A DNA stretch of 61,806 bases, filler included, from Basidioascus undulatus (Eukaryota), in assembly GCA_000826855.1 (NCBI GenBank). It is 5 parts of 5 records of this genome, joined end to end, with 100 filler letters (N's around TTAATTAATTAA, not from the genome) between each part and the next. Parts side by side here need not be neighbours in the genome. Positions count along the whole stretch, not along the records: positions 49,556 to 61,806 come from JTLS01000929.1; 4 more parts are not named here. The stretch is one strand, 5' to 3'. Positions 51,578-61,806 of the stretch are shown one piece after another. Below the pieces are notes generated by a model, which had not been told where the DNA came from, ran no database searches, and saw nothing but the letters and a program-made list of their open reading frames with translations. A program made the translations under genes and the position numbers. Position 1 is the stretch's first letter; each line of letters starts with the position of its first letter.

Positions 51578-52165
51578 GGTGCCTCTGGGCACCACCGTTT
51601 TCGTCCTTCTGCTTCGGTGCCTCTGCGCACTTCGTTTTTCTTCCCGGTTGACTCTGCACGTTTTGTTATCCTTCTTCCCCGGTGCCTCTCCGCATACTGT
51701 AATTCTTCTTTCAGGTGCCTCTGCGCACTTCATTCTTGTTTTTCCCGGGTGTGTCTGCGCACTGTACTCCCTTCTCGTTCGAACTCTAATGCCCCCGTCC
51801 TTAAAGTGGCTTTTCTTCCATTGTTTATCGTAGTGTCTCTAGGCACCACCGCTCCTCATTTCTCCTTCCGTCCGTGACACAGGGTACCTCTCCTCGTACC
51901 TCTCGCTTCTGCGGGGCACATAACTTTGACTCCCCTACCTTAGATGCAAGTAAGACGATCTGAGCTTCCTTCAATCGGTAGCAAGAGCTACTCACGGCGC
52001 CGCTCGTTTGTCTTCGTTTCGAGAGTCTCGGCGCAGCCTCCTTTAGTTGTTTTGGAACACCTCCGGTTGACTCTCTTCCCTCATGTCCCCCCACAATGCT
52101 CTTCCTTCAATGGATCTCAAGAGTTTCTCATTCTTCATTATCCTTCACAGTGTCTCCGCGTACTC
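51578..52165 (+). repeat. Degenerate array of a ~34-bp unit with core GGTGYCTCTGCGCAC and pyrimidine-rich spacers (left copy)
   Basis: Core copies start at 51578, 51616, 51646, 51681, 51714 and 51748 (spacing 38, 30, 35, 33, 34), then at 51832 and 52149. Confidence 0.8.
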
Positions 52166-52174
52166 CGTCCTCGT

Positions 52175-54713
52175 TGCGATTGAGATCCGTGTTGTGGTCG
52201 AGGCCGATCCAGTAAGAGCTCGTCCTGCCGTCGTAGCGCGATGCCGCTTTTGTGCCTGTGCTGCTGTGCTTCGCGCCGGGACAGTTCTGGACGTTCATGC
52301 CTCGCAAGCCTGTGGAAGACTCATTGTCAGGTCAAGCTGCACACTAGATATCTTTATTGAAATACTCACCGCTCTCTCCAGCTCGCCCAAATAAGCTTGG
52401 AAAGTCTCCCGCGAGCGATCTTTTCGAGCTGAAAAGCGTACCGCAGGTCAGCAAAGCCTTGAAAACGATCCCGGAGGAATAAACGCAGTAGATGGGGCCG
52501 CCTATATCATCGTTCTCGTCAACGTCAACGTCAGAGTAGCGTTACGGATCGAGCAGCGCGTTGTTGTCGTTCAACAGTCGTAACCGCACCAAAAGCCGAA
52601 AGGCGAGCACGAAGGGTTGTCGTCCTCGGTCGGTGCATCTCCGCCCGGAATACCTGGTACTCCTGGCGGTGGCACCGGCGATGGGCCTGAGTGCACCGGC
52701 ATCACGGGGGGCAGCCCGTTTACCTCGTGGAGCCACGGCGGCAAGGGGTCGACGGGGATGGTGTCAGGGCCAAGAACAATCGGGGCGAGGGCGGCAATGG
52801 GGAGCAGGATTGTGATGGGCGAGTCAGATGGGCGGCACGGCAGTCGAAACGACGACGGGGCCGTCGGGATAGGTGCTGGTAAAAGTGATAAAGGGACCCG
52901 GCGGCGCAGAAAGCTTCTGGGGGCCTTTGTAGGATGTGTAAAACGAAGCACCGTCATCTTTCAGGAAAAAACACTCACTGAAGACGGGCGTGACAGCGTT
53001 GGGCATTGAAACATCGGCAGGGAGCGGCTGCGACGGCGGGCTATCTGGCAGGAGACCGATCACGTATGGCCCGACGTTGACGCTGCTCGCCGTGGTCGGA
53101 ACTGGTACAACGACTGTTGTTGTGTCGTACACGAACGTCTCCGAGACTGCATTGGATGTCGGGGTCGGAATTGGATCTGCAGAGTTAGAGCAACGTAGGT
53201 AAGGCGAGCAAGCACGACCAGACGGGGTCAGGGACATCCCACATCAGCAACACAAAGAAAGCACGGACTCCATGTGTATTGACTACCTACGGTGGTCTGA
53301 GCGGCCGCCGTGGTGGTTGTTCCTGTAGTTTCTCCTGTTCCGCCAGCGACCTGTTTCGAGTGCACGGTGGTCAGCCTGAGCTCGACGGCTCGACGCAACT
53401 TTGTAGCTTGCATTGCAAATTGCCGAAGAATAGTGTAGCCAATCTATGCCCGACAGAGTCACTTCGCATGGTCCTGATACTCCCATAAGCCAGTGATGCG
53501 CACCGTTAAAGTTAAGGTAAGGGACACTTGCGTCCCGGCACGACGAGCCACAGAACTGCAAGGGCACCGTTGCAAGCGGACATTAGGCATGGTCATGTCC
53601 GCATTTCAAGATTAAAGCCGGTCCATTGCACGATTGGCGTCCAGAGATAGTCGAGCACATAGTCAATCGATCTGTTGGTTGCGAGACTCACCAGCAGGTT
53701 CAGACTTAGTCATCAAGTTCTCTCGAGAGAGATTGATAGTGCGATATGGAATAAAACTGACGCTGGCCACACAGTGCTGGCACTCTGGCTGAGCGCTCCG
53801 TAATACATGTTGATCTGCTCGCCCATGGACTGTCAGTCCTTAGCGGCTGCGCTTGATGCAGAAAAAATCCTCTGTGATGAGAGTCGGCCAAAGCGGAAAT
53901 CAAGTCAGCACTTCAGGAATGGAGACGAAGAAGGTGGAGTGGATGGACAGGGAGAAGACAAATACGATTTCATTCACGTGGTGTAAGGGGACATCCCCCA
54001 CCGGCCCAGGCACAATCGACGACCCAAGTTGCGTAGAGCTACAAGCATGCGAGGTTAGCCGGTGCTGCTCATGTATGTGTGTAAGCAGATGAAGACAGTG
54101 GCCGTGGCCGTACATAATAGTCACTAGCTTCGTCAGTCGGCACTGGACAGGAGCCTTGGTTGCAGCAAACGGAAGTGAGGAGATTGGCAACTGGGAGATG
54201 ACGTGTTAATGGAAAGTGAGACAGGAACAGGCAACGCAGCGTAAAGCAGAAGCTCTTACCGCCGTAGCACGTCGCAGCTGCAACACAGACTTGCTGAGAC
54301 CACAAGGTCGTGGGATTCTGCTCAGCGGATACATTAGTTAGCCTTCGGTTGAATCTGCTTATCGAATTTCACATGTACAAGGCACTCACCCACGCGAAAG
54401 AGTTCAAGCACGAATCGACCAAGATCTGGCAAGTTTGGTCCGGCACATATGCGTTCACGCATCCAGCGTTCACTCGCTTATGCAGTAAATTGGCCAGGAC
54501 GCTGCGAGTACCGTTCACTGAGTCGGCTGGTGAGATAACCAGGCCGATGCCGACGGAAGCTGCGATTTCAAAATTGGCCGGAGAGCCAGCGAGTCGTGCG
54601 GTGGGAGCTGGGAGGACGGCGTCGAAACGAGCGAATGAGATGGTAGCGAGCGTGAGCGTAGAATTTTTTGAAACGAAATGCCACTTCAAAACTTTCGCTC
54701 CTTCAGTCTCCAT
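52175..54713 (-). pseudogene. N-terminal half of a Cys-rich secreted-type protein with a Pro/Thr-rich stalk, decayed
   Basis: Spliced exons read LLHKR|VNAGC..TCQILVDSCLNSF; WSQQVCVAAATCYG; DCAWAGGGCPLT; YYGALSQSASTVWP; YLWTPIVQWT; SVPYLNFN|DWLHYS, then a Pro/Thr-rich region. There is a frameshift at ~52830 and in-frame stops. Confidence 0.6.
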
Positions 54714-54879
54714 CGTCGCCGTCCCCGCGTGCGAGCAAGCAGGGAAATGCAGACACCGCGGCTCGACGTTATGCCCGGGTCACGCACGGTTGTGCGCATA
54801 GGCACATGAAAAGGAAGTTTATTAGTGACCCGAATTCTTGAATGACTCTGGCAGCTTGATAGGACCTGCGGAAATGGGG

Positions 54880-55996
54880 GGTTATGCGCTCCGACGCAGT
54901 GAGGAAAAGAGGATCAGCACGCAGTGACATCAAGCGCCCAGGAACAAGGAGGAAGACGGGGGTGCACAAGAACAGCACCAGAGATGGGAAAGGAGAATTT
55001 GACATCAAACTGTGGGATGAGGTTTCGAACAAGAAGGATGAAAGTGCGCGGAGACACATGGGCCGAAGGAGAATAGAGTGCGCAGAATTTACCTTGGGAG
55101 AAACAGCACGTTGTGCGCAGGGGAGTGGATTGCTGTCTGTAGAGACTGACCATTTCTTGCGGTAAGATGATCGACTGGGGGAAAATAGAGTCAACGTTGT
55201 TAGTTTCGAGCAACGATGGAAGTAGACAGTAAAGAACGTGGTATAATCAGACACCGTACGAAGCAAGAATAGAGGGTACGACATAAGGATGTAGGGATTA
55301 GGCTTCCAGCGACAAGGAGGACAGACGCAGAGCAGGGGAACTGCGACTGGAAGACGAGCGGACCGTGGTCGAAACCGCGGTGTGGGGTGAAATCCGGGGG
55401 AAGAGGGTCAGAGATATGTGCTCGGAGGAAGCGAGATGGAAGACAGGCAGGCAATGCGCAGACACACCCGGCACGACGGACGTGCGTAGTGCGCCGCGGC
55501 AGAGACACCCTAAACGAAGAACTAGCAAGAAGGACTAACACTTGCGATAATTTGAAGAAGGCTAGTAGCCTTGTCGTCAGGGATGGGAGAAAGGCGTCAA
55601 GGCTACCTGTTTCAGCGTGGTAAGAGAAATGCGGCCAGTGCGTGGTGGCACGGACGGAAAGAAGAAAAGAAGGACGGTGGTGTCTCGAGACACCACAAGA
55701 AACGGGGAAGAGAATGTGTTCTCAGGGATTGAAACGAGAAGAAGAAAGTGCACAAGAGGCACCCAAGAAGAAGAAGAACCGAGTGCTCCGAGGCACCCGA
55801 GGAAGAAGAAGAACGGCTGCGCAAAAGCAGTGAGCGAAAAACGAACAAATGAACGCCGCCAGCGTCGTGGTAACTAGTACTTCTTACTCCATGATTGAAG
55901 GACACTAAACTGCGTTGTGGTGAGACCTGAGGGAAGGGAGTCAAGGTTGTGTGCTCCACGGAGCGAGAAGGAAGAGGAGCAGGGCGCAGAGGCACT
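54880..55996 (-). repeat. Second array of the same repeat family in inverted orientation (right copy)
   Basis: Reverse-complement cores start at 55044, 55078, 55113, 55454, 55680, 55748, 55783 and 55982. The reverse complement of 55647-55703 aligns with 51823-51878. Confidence 0.75.
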
Positions 55997-57600
55997 AGCA
56001 TAGCTCTCGTTACGATACCCCCAGCCAACTCAGTGGGTAGGAAGCCAAGGGGTCCCAACGACAGCATCGGCCTTAACACCGTCACGAATAGCAAGTGCTT
56101 TTGAATAGATGGTGCGGTGGCGCAATATGCTGAATTTCAACTTTCCTTTTCAGCGGAGCATTTCTTCGAGTTCCAACATGTTTCGCAATTTTTGGAGTGC
56201 GCATTGCGGTGGCGGAACGACCGCGGTGGTGCTAACATCACCACTTAATCTACAGTGCTTTCGTGCACTCTGCGGATAACGCACCCGCACTGAGAAACTA
56301 CGTATCGTAAGTGTAGCTCCATACGTGCGAACGGGTCAGATATATGGATTGTGCGTTGCAGACCTCAGGTACGCAGTCCCGCAGCTTCTCCGAGGTTCTC
56401 CCTGACTCCGGTTTCTTAAGGGCCAAGGCGGATGCGCTTGGTCAGTTGTTAAAGAACCTCAGGACGGAGCGCTCGTTGACTCTTTCTTGAAGGTTGGTGG
56501 ACTGGGTCTACGATCTCCAAACCCCGGCGGGGATATACGCTCAGCTGCTGCAAGCCGTCGACAACATCAACCAGGTCGTCTGGGCCATAGCATTATCAAC
56601 ATGGCGAAGCTCGACCTGGTCTTGATCGTTACCAACAACACCGGAAACAGCGCGATTGTTAGCCTTTGGTCCCAATGGGGCTTGCAGCTCCAGTCCGCAT
56701 CCGCGAACCCCACAATAACGAACCCGCTACAGTCGCAGATCCAGAATTCCCTCCGAGCCCTCGGCGCCGTTTCCGGGTACCTCAACAAATTCGCAGATAA
56801 GTTCAAGACAACAGCCACAAATGTCATGAACATCCTGCACGCCCTCGATGTCCAAGTAGGCTCTCCTTTCCCCGAGTAGATCGATCTGCAGTTCTACAAC
56901 TGGCTGCGTGCACAGCTGAGCAACTACGATACCAAGGTTAGACGTGTGCGCTGCACTTCGGTCCTAACCAATGATGGCTGATGGCGCGATGTCAGCTTAC
57001 GACCTTTTTGACAAGCTCTAACGTCAATACGATGCCTTCCTCGTCGCGCATCACATGGCGTGTACAGGACAAGCTAACATGGCGACCGCAAGTTCCAGGT
57101 TCCTCTCCGAGTCGTCCGGAAAGCTGACGCACTCTTCCTCAGATCAAAAGCGATTTCGATAGCCGAGCGCGCATCAACGTCGCGCAGCTGCTTCCAGATC
57201 GGCCGATGGACTTCCCCCGTGGCGGCTCAATTGATGCGTAGCAGAACCGCATGGGCCGGATATCCGCTGATGGGTGTTTACTTGCACCGATTCCAATCCT
57301 TCCCGCAACGTTGGCTCCAGGGCAAGTCTGTGCACTTCTGTCCTCCCATGGAGTCGCGGCGGCTGACAGTCGACCCAGCTTCCTTGAGCAACCTCAAACT
57401 AAACCTCACAGATACCTACCTCCTCGACGCGAACCAGAATAAGCACGAGTGGCGGCTTAAAGAGAGCCTCACTAGCAGCGTATACTACGGCCTCATCCGC
57501 GACAATGCCAACGCCATCACGCTTCATCGCTTCCCGGCTGCAGCGATCCGGTCTACGTGTGGGATGACCATCCCATTACCGCCACGCCTTCTGACGACAT
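55997..57600 (+). pseudogene. C-terminal half of a secreted-type protein (EHxxExQ...NxAK...YLN domain), decayed; no start of its own
   Basis: IALVTIPPANSVG..VTN joins through a GC-AG intron (56091-56153) to TEHFFEFQHVSQFLE. Further on: AVDNINQVVWA/IINMAKLDLV (frameshift) and NSLRALGAVSGYLNKFADKFKTTATNVMNIL..PE*IDLQFYNWLRAQL (in-frame TAG 56877-56879). The 3' end is approximate. Confidence 0.55.
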
Positions 57601-59656
57601 CACCGCTGCGTGGAAGGTCAACTGCCCTTCCCCCACACTTCGGCTGTTCAACACGTATCGTGCGTATGCCATGTCGGCATGATCAGCTGCCTCTCTGCAT
57701 CGCCTTCCCTTCACTTACTCAGTGGTGATGTCCGCACGCTGTGATGAACAGTCAATGGTCAGCAGCTCCACTGTTGGAGGGTTCACAATCCGACACATAC
57801 GTACATCTACCACGCCTGAGCGCCGGGCGCTCTCGCGCAAGCAGAGAGCACTGTCAAGAATGATCGAGTGCGGTCATCTTTGTGACAGTACATGACAAGA
57901 GGGTGTGTAGGCCCTCGCAGCGAAAGGAGGGAATTCGAGCACTGCATCAACGAGATCGGAACGGAAGTCCTCACAGCGAGCTAAGCTGCTCTTGCCCTGG
58001 GACGGAAGACCCTGGCACTGCCGGTTTGGTCGGACGTTGACTGCGCAGAAGGTGACGGGTTCGCTTGAATGAGCGAGAATATCTATCAACATGACACGTG
58101 GCGTTGAAGCGAACAAGACGACGCACTATCCTTGCGATTCTCCCACCAGGCGTCCGTTGATAGGCTTGATTCGACGCATTCACCGACTTACTTGTGGCAA
58201 ACTTTCTTCAAAGACCCGCAGACAGGACAGCGGTGGTGTGCTTTCGCAGGAAGCTCTTGAGTATCTGGAGTGTGAGAGACCAGCCGAGCCAGGGCACTGT
58301 GGCGCCTACCATATAAATCATACCGGTAATATGGTTAACAATTGGCAGAATATGTGTTGAGACAGGCGGTGCGACGTTCGAACTGCAACGCACACCTCCG
58401 GCCGAGCGACCCGCTTTCCAGGACTGCCGCCTCATGATCAGGTCTTGCTTGAAAGGTAATTAAACCCGTAAATAATTTCAGAATGAGTTCAGGAGCACCT
58501 AGTATTAGAGAACTAGAAGAGATGTTTGCCAGCCATACTGTCACGCAGTCCGAGCGAAGCGCGAAGCTCGTGAGCTCCGCAGAGCAGTGCAACCCGGAGG
58601 AGGAGCCAAGGGGGGAGCTCCGTAGAACTCATGTTGAGTCTGATTGTTGGAGCGCGATCGAGAGAAGAGACAAAGGAAGAACAAATGACGGAACAAGCCC
58701 GAGTCGAGACTGGCGGAAAATCATGGAGACGAGATGCTGCCAGTGATACAAGGCGTGCGGAATGGCTTTAGTACATAGAATACATAGAATTACAAGGATA
58801 AGTTAGCATGTGCTGAAAAATAGTTCAACAGTCGAACGAAGAGCTCTACCGTTCTCGATGGATGGTTGTGAGCGGTACATGTCTGAACGCAGCGATACAC
58901 TGTTGACTTGCTGTCTGGACAGCCTCAACACTCAATCACCTTCCACTGTAACATGTTTCCGTCTGAAACGATTCTAGAAAGGATGTGCAGCAGCGGACGC
59001 TGGCTCTTAGACGACGGCGACTGAGGTCAGCAGCCAAAGAAATTCAGCATGCTCCGAAGGGATCGTATTCGACAGAGCTTTGGATGCCGCGACACGGACT
59101 GGAAACCGATGTTCGAAATAGAAAAGCCAATGCAAGTTGAGCGGTTCCATTAGTAGCCAGATGGCGCTCGCAGCCAGCAATTTCGAGTAATGCAGATCCA
59201 AGAAAGCGTGCGCGAAGGAGAGCGCAGCGGTTGCGGCAGGTCCGAGGAGCTAACCCGTCGGACCGTCAAGCGTCCAGACTAGTTTTAATTCCTTTCTACA
59301 GTCGAACGAACAGCCCCATCGAGCAACAGATGCAACGTCCGTACGTGCGCGACCGGCTCACACTCGTGCGCAGCGTCGCGCGCCTAACACACAGAACGAG
59401 TACATTTGCGCGTAAATATAACGGGTATAAGCAATACAGCGGTTGTGGCGAAGAGCGAAGTACGAGGCGCGCGGGGAGGAGATGAGCGACTGACGGATGG
59501 GGCGGCTGGTAGAAGAGGACGGGGCATGGGCGGCGGATTGTGCAGGGCGCGAAAGGCGAGGAGACGCGTGAGGTGGATGTGGGTTACGGGCGTCGGAGGC
59601 GGAGGTGAGGGGACGAGGATGCGGAGCGGAGCGAAGGCTAGATGACCGCCGACTCG

Positions 59657-60972
59657 CTACGAGGCTGAGGCTGCGGCTGGTTGCGTGTCTTTCTTCACCA
59701 CCCACCACGCACACGATCAGTCCCAGTTCTCCCATTTCTCCACACGAAAAGACGGCTGTTCTCGATACGGCGAGGCAGGAAAGGGAAGGGGCGACCCACC
59801 TCGGACTCCACCACGGGCGGCTCGTCGATGAAATCTGGGAGGGCGGACGCGGACGCGGGCTGAAGGTACGACGGCATCTCTTCTTCGAGGAAGAGGTCGT
59901 CGTTAAGGGCGTCGAGCTCTGCGGGTAATGATGGGGCGGGAGGTTCAGCAGTTTGGGGCGGAAGAGGTACGAGAGGAGGAAAGAGTGGCGGGGCAGAGGA
60001 GGGAAAGATAAGGGAGCTTCGAGGGGAGGATGGGGTTGGGGGAAGCAGGCAAGACGGGGGGAAGTGGGAGCGTGCGGAGAAAGGGGGATGGGAGAGAAAG
60101 GAGGGAGGGAGATGAGGGAGGGGAAGAGGAGGAAGAACGAACGCACCCGCTTCCAAGTCCGCCTCATCAATATCATCCGGGACGTTGTACGCCCTGCCCA
60201 AGCTCTCCTGGATCTCGTTCGCCTGGTCGATGAGGTCCTCCATGTCGTATTGGACGGACTGCACACCCCCGCGCGCGCGACACCCAATCAGCATCCCCGC
60301 GCAACTATCACGATCTTGAGAAGCGGGTAGAGAGAGGGGGTTAGAAAGGGGAAGAAGGGATGCACCTCGATCTTGTCGATATCAATCTTGCCGTACTGCT
60401 TCCGCATCTCCTTGTTGGCCGTCTTCATCGCATCGACGGTCGCCATCGTGTTGTAGAGGTTGTCGGTCGTGAGCGACGCCTGCTCCATGTTGAACGTCTG
60501 CTGCTGCAGCTGCGCCAGCTGGGACTCATACCTGCCCGTGCGTCCCCCTCTCCCACATCAGTCCCATCTCGCCGCTGGCCCCGGGCAGGACGGGGCGCAC
60601 ATCTTCTTCTGCTGCAGAACGCGAAGCGCGCGCTGCTGGACCGCTTTCTGTGCACCTCCAGCCAGTTGAGTTCGTACACGCAGGGTGAGGGAGGAGGACC
60701 AGGAAGACGCGACGCACCTTGCCCGGCCCGTCCCTCAACCGATTCATCTGCTGCTTGAACGCCGCGAGCTCGCCATCGAGCTTCTTGACCTTGACCTCGA
60801 TCGAGCCCGCGCGCGTCTCTGTCTGTCGCACCGCATCACACCAGCGCCACAGTCAGCTCGGGCGGGGGCGGGAGGAAGTCGGGCCGGCGGGGAGGGAACG
60901 GACTGAGTTGATCGCGTCCTGGAGGGTGGGCTTAGGCTTGGACGAGGAGACGCCGCCGAAGAGTCTTTGCAT
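59657..60972 (-). CDS. VPS60: ESCRT-III Snf7-family protein Vps60/CHMP5
   Basis: [118 protein letters not shown]. The last-exon acceptor is ambiguous (stop at 59657 or 59638). Confidence 0.95.
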
Positions 60973-61691
60973 GCTGGGCGATTGGGCAGGTGCGAGGGTG
61001 GAAATGTAGTGATGAGGGCAAAGTGCAGGCGATGGTCGAGTCGGGAGTCGAGAGCAGTGCAGCAGCGACAGCGCCGGAGACATATGAAGGTGCGCTTGAC
61101 GTAAGCAACTCGACTGGAAGCGAGACGACGACCTACCAGCTGTCTTCCTTCCCTCCTTCACCTCGACATACGTTCTTCAGAGTCAATGTATTTCGTGATT
61201 AACCGCATTGACATCCTGGTCACCGACGTGTCGAGCTCAACCCCCATCGCATGCTCGCAAGCTCTCTCCTTTCACTCACCTTCCAGCATCCCTCCTCGAC
61301 CGCATCGTCTTCATTGCTCTCGCTCTTCAATCTCTCGTCCCCGCTGCCTATGCTTCGGATGTTCAAGAATCAGACTAACTAAAACAAACCGCTCCCGGAG
61401 CGTGACGCCATGACGGACAGTGCCGATGTCGTCCGCGTCCTCTTTCGAAGACTTGACGACCTACGTCTCCTCCCTCCCCCTCCCCATCCCCACCCCAGAA
61501 CAAGTGCACTCTCGCACTGATCGAATCGACATTTGGTACTCGATCCGCGCTTCGTGCCGCTCCATTCTTTGGGTGGACAGGGGAGGGTTACGAGGCTGGT
61601 CGTAGGGGAGGACAGGTCAAGGAGGGAGGCGGTCGGTGCGTGCATTACCTCTCCCCCTTCCCTCCCTTTCTCCTCTTTTTGTATTCTTTTT

Positions 61692-61806
61692 GGTTAGGGT
61701 TAGGTTAGGTTAGGTTGGGTTGGGTTGGGGTTAGGTTAGGGTTAGGTTGGGTTTAGGTTAGGTTGGGTTAGGTTAGGTTAGGTTAGGTTAGGTTAGGTTG
61801 GGTTAG
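61692..61806 (+). repeat. Telomere-like (TTAGG/TTGGG/TTAGGG)n repeat at the contig end
   Basis: ~115 bp of mostly TTAGG pentamers with TTGGG and occasional TTAGGG units; the G-rich strand points to the end of the sequence. Confidence 0.85.

Noticed and set aside
51578..51762. CRISPR-like repeat-spacer appearance
   Set aside because: The repeat is only ~15 bp and degenerate, the spacers are ~15-23 bp and compositionally alike, the context is eukaryotic, and there are no cas genes.
57750..59350. Short ORFs between the decayed gene and VPS60
   Set aside because: No coherent exon chain or recognisable family.
61426..61636. Possible first exon of a plus-strand gene before the terminal repeat
   Set aside because: It needs a frameshift in a G-run to reach the donor site and has no identifiable motif, so it is too weak to call.

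Overview
GC-rich, intron-dense fungal DNA. The GTGCGT/GTGCGC donors, CTGAC/CTAAC branch points and micro-exons suggest a basidiomycete, probably a Pucciniomycotina-type yeast (inference). The window is not one locus. It is five ~12.3-kb contigs of decreasing length joined by artificial N-TTAATTAATTAA-N spacers. Housekeeping genes are importin-beta (KAP95), Mus7/MMS22, MOT1, a PFK-2/FBPase-2, tRNA-Leu(AAG), PP2A B55 (CDC55), CHO2, an OSCA/CSC1 channel, the last exon of POL31 and VPS60. The most interesting elements are: (1) a spliced gene fusing a phage thymidine-hypermodification-type domain (aGPT-PPlase1 / 5-hmdU DNA kinase helical domain) to a chromodomain, abutting a truncated dicarboxylate-carrier exon; (2) two inverted arrays of a ~34-bp degenerate repeat that appear to split and invert a large Cys-rich secreted-protein gene; (3) a run of decayed accessory genes (F-box-like, Dal5-type MFS, LigB/DODA dioxygenase); (4) a terminal TTAGG/TTGGG repeat. 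All family assignments come from reading motifs by eye; no database search was run.
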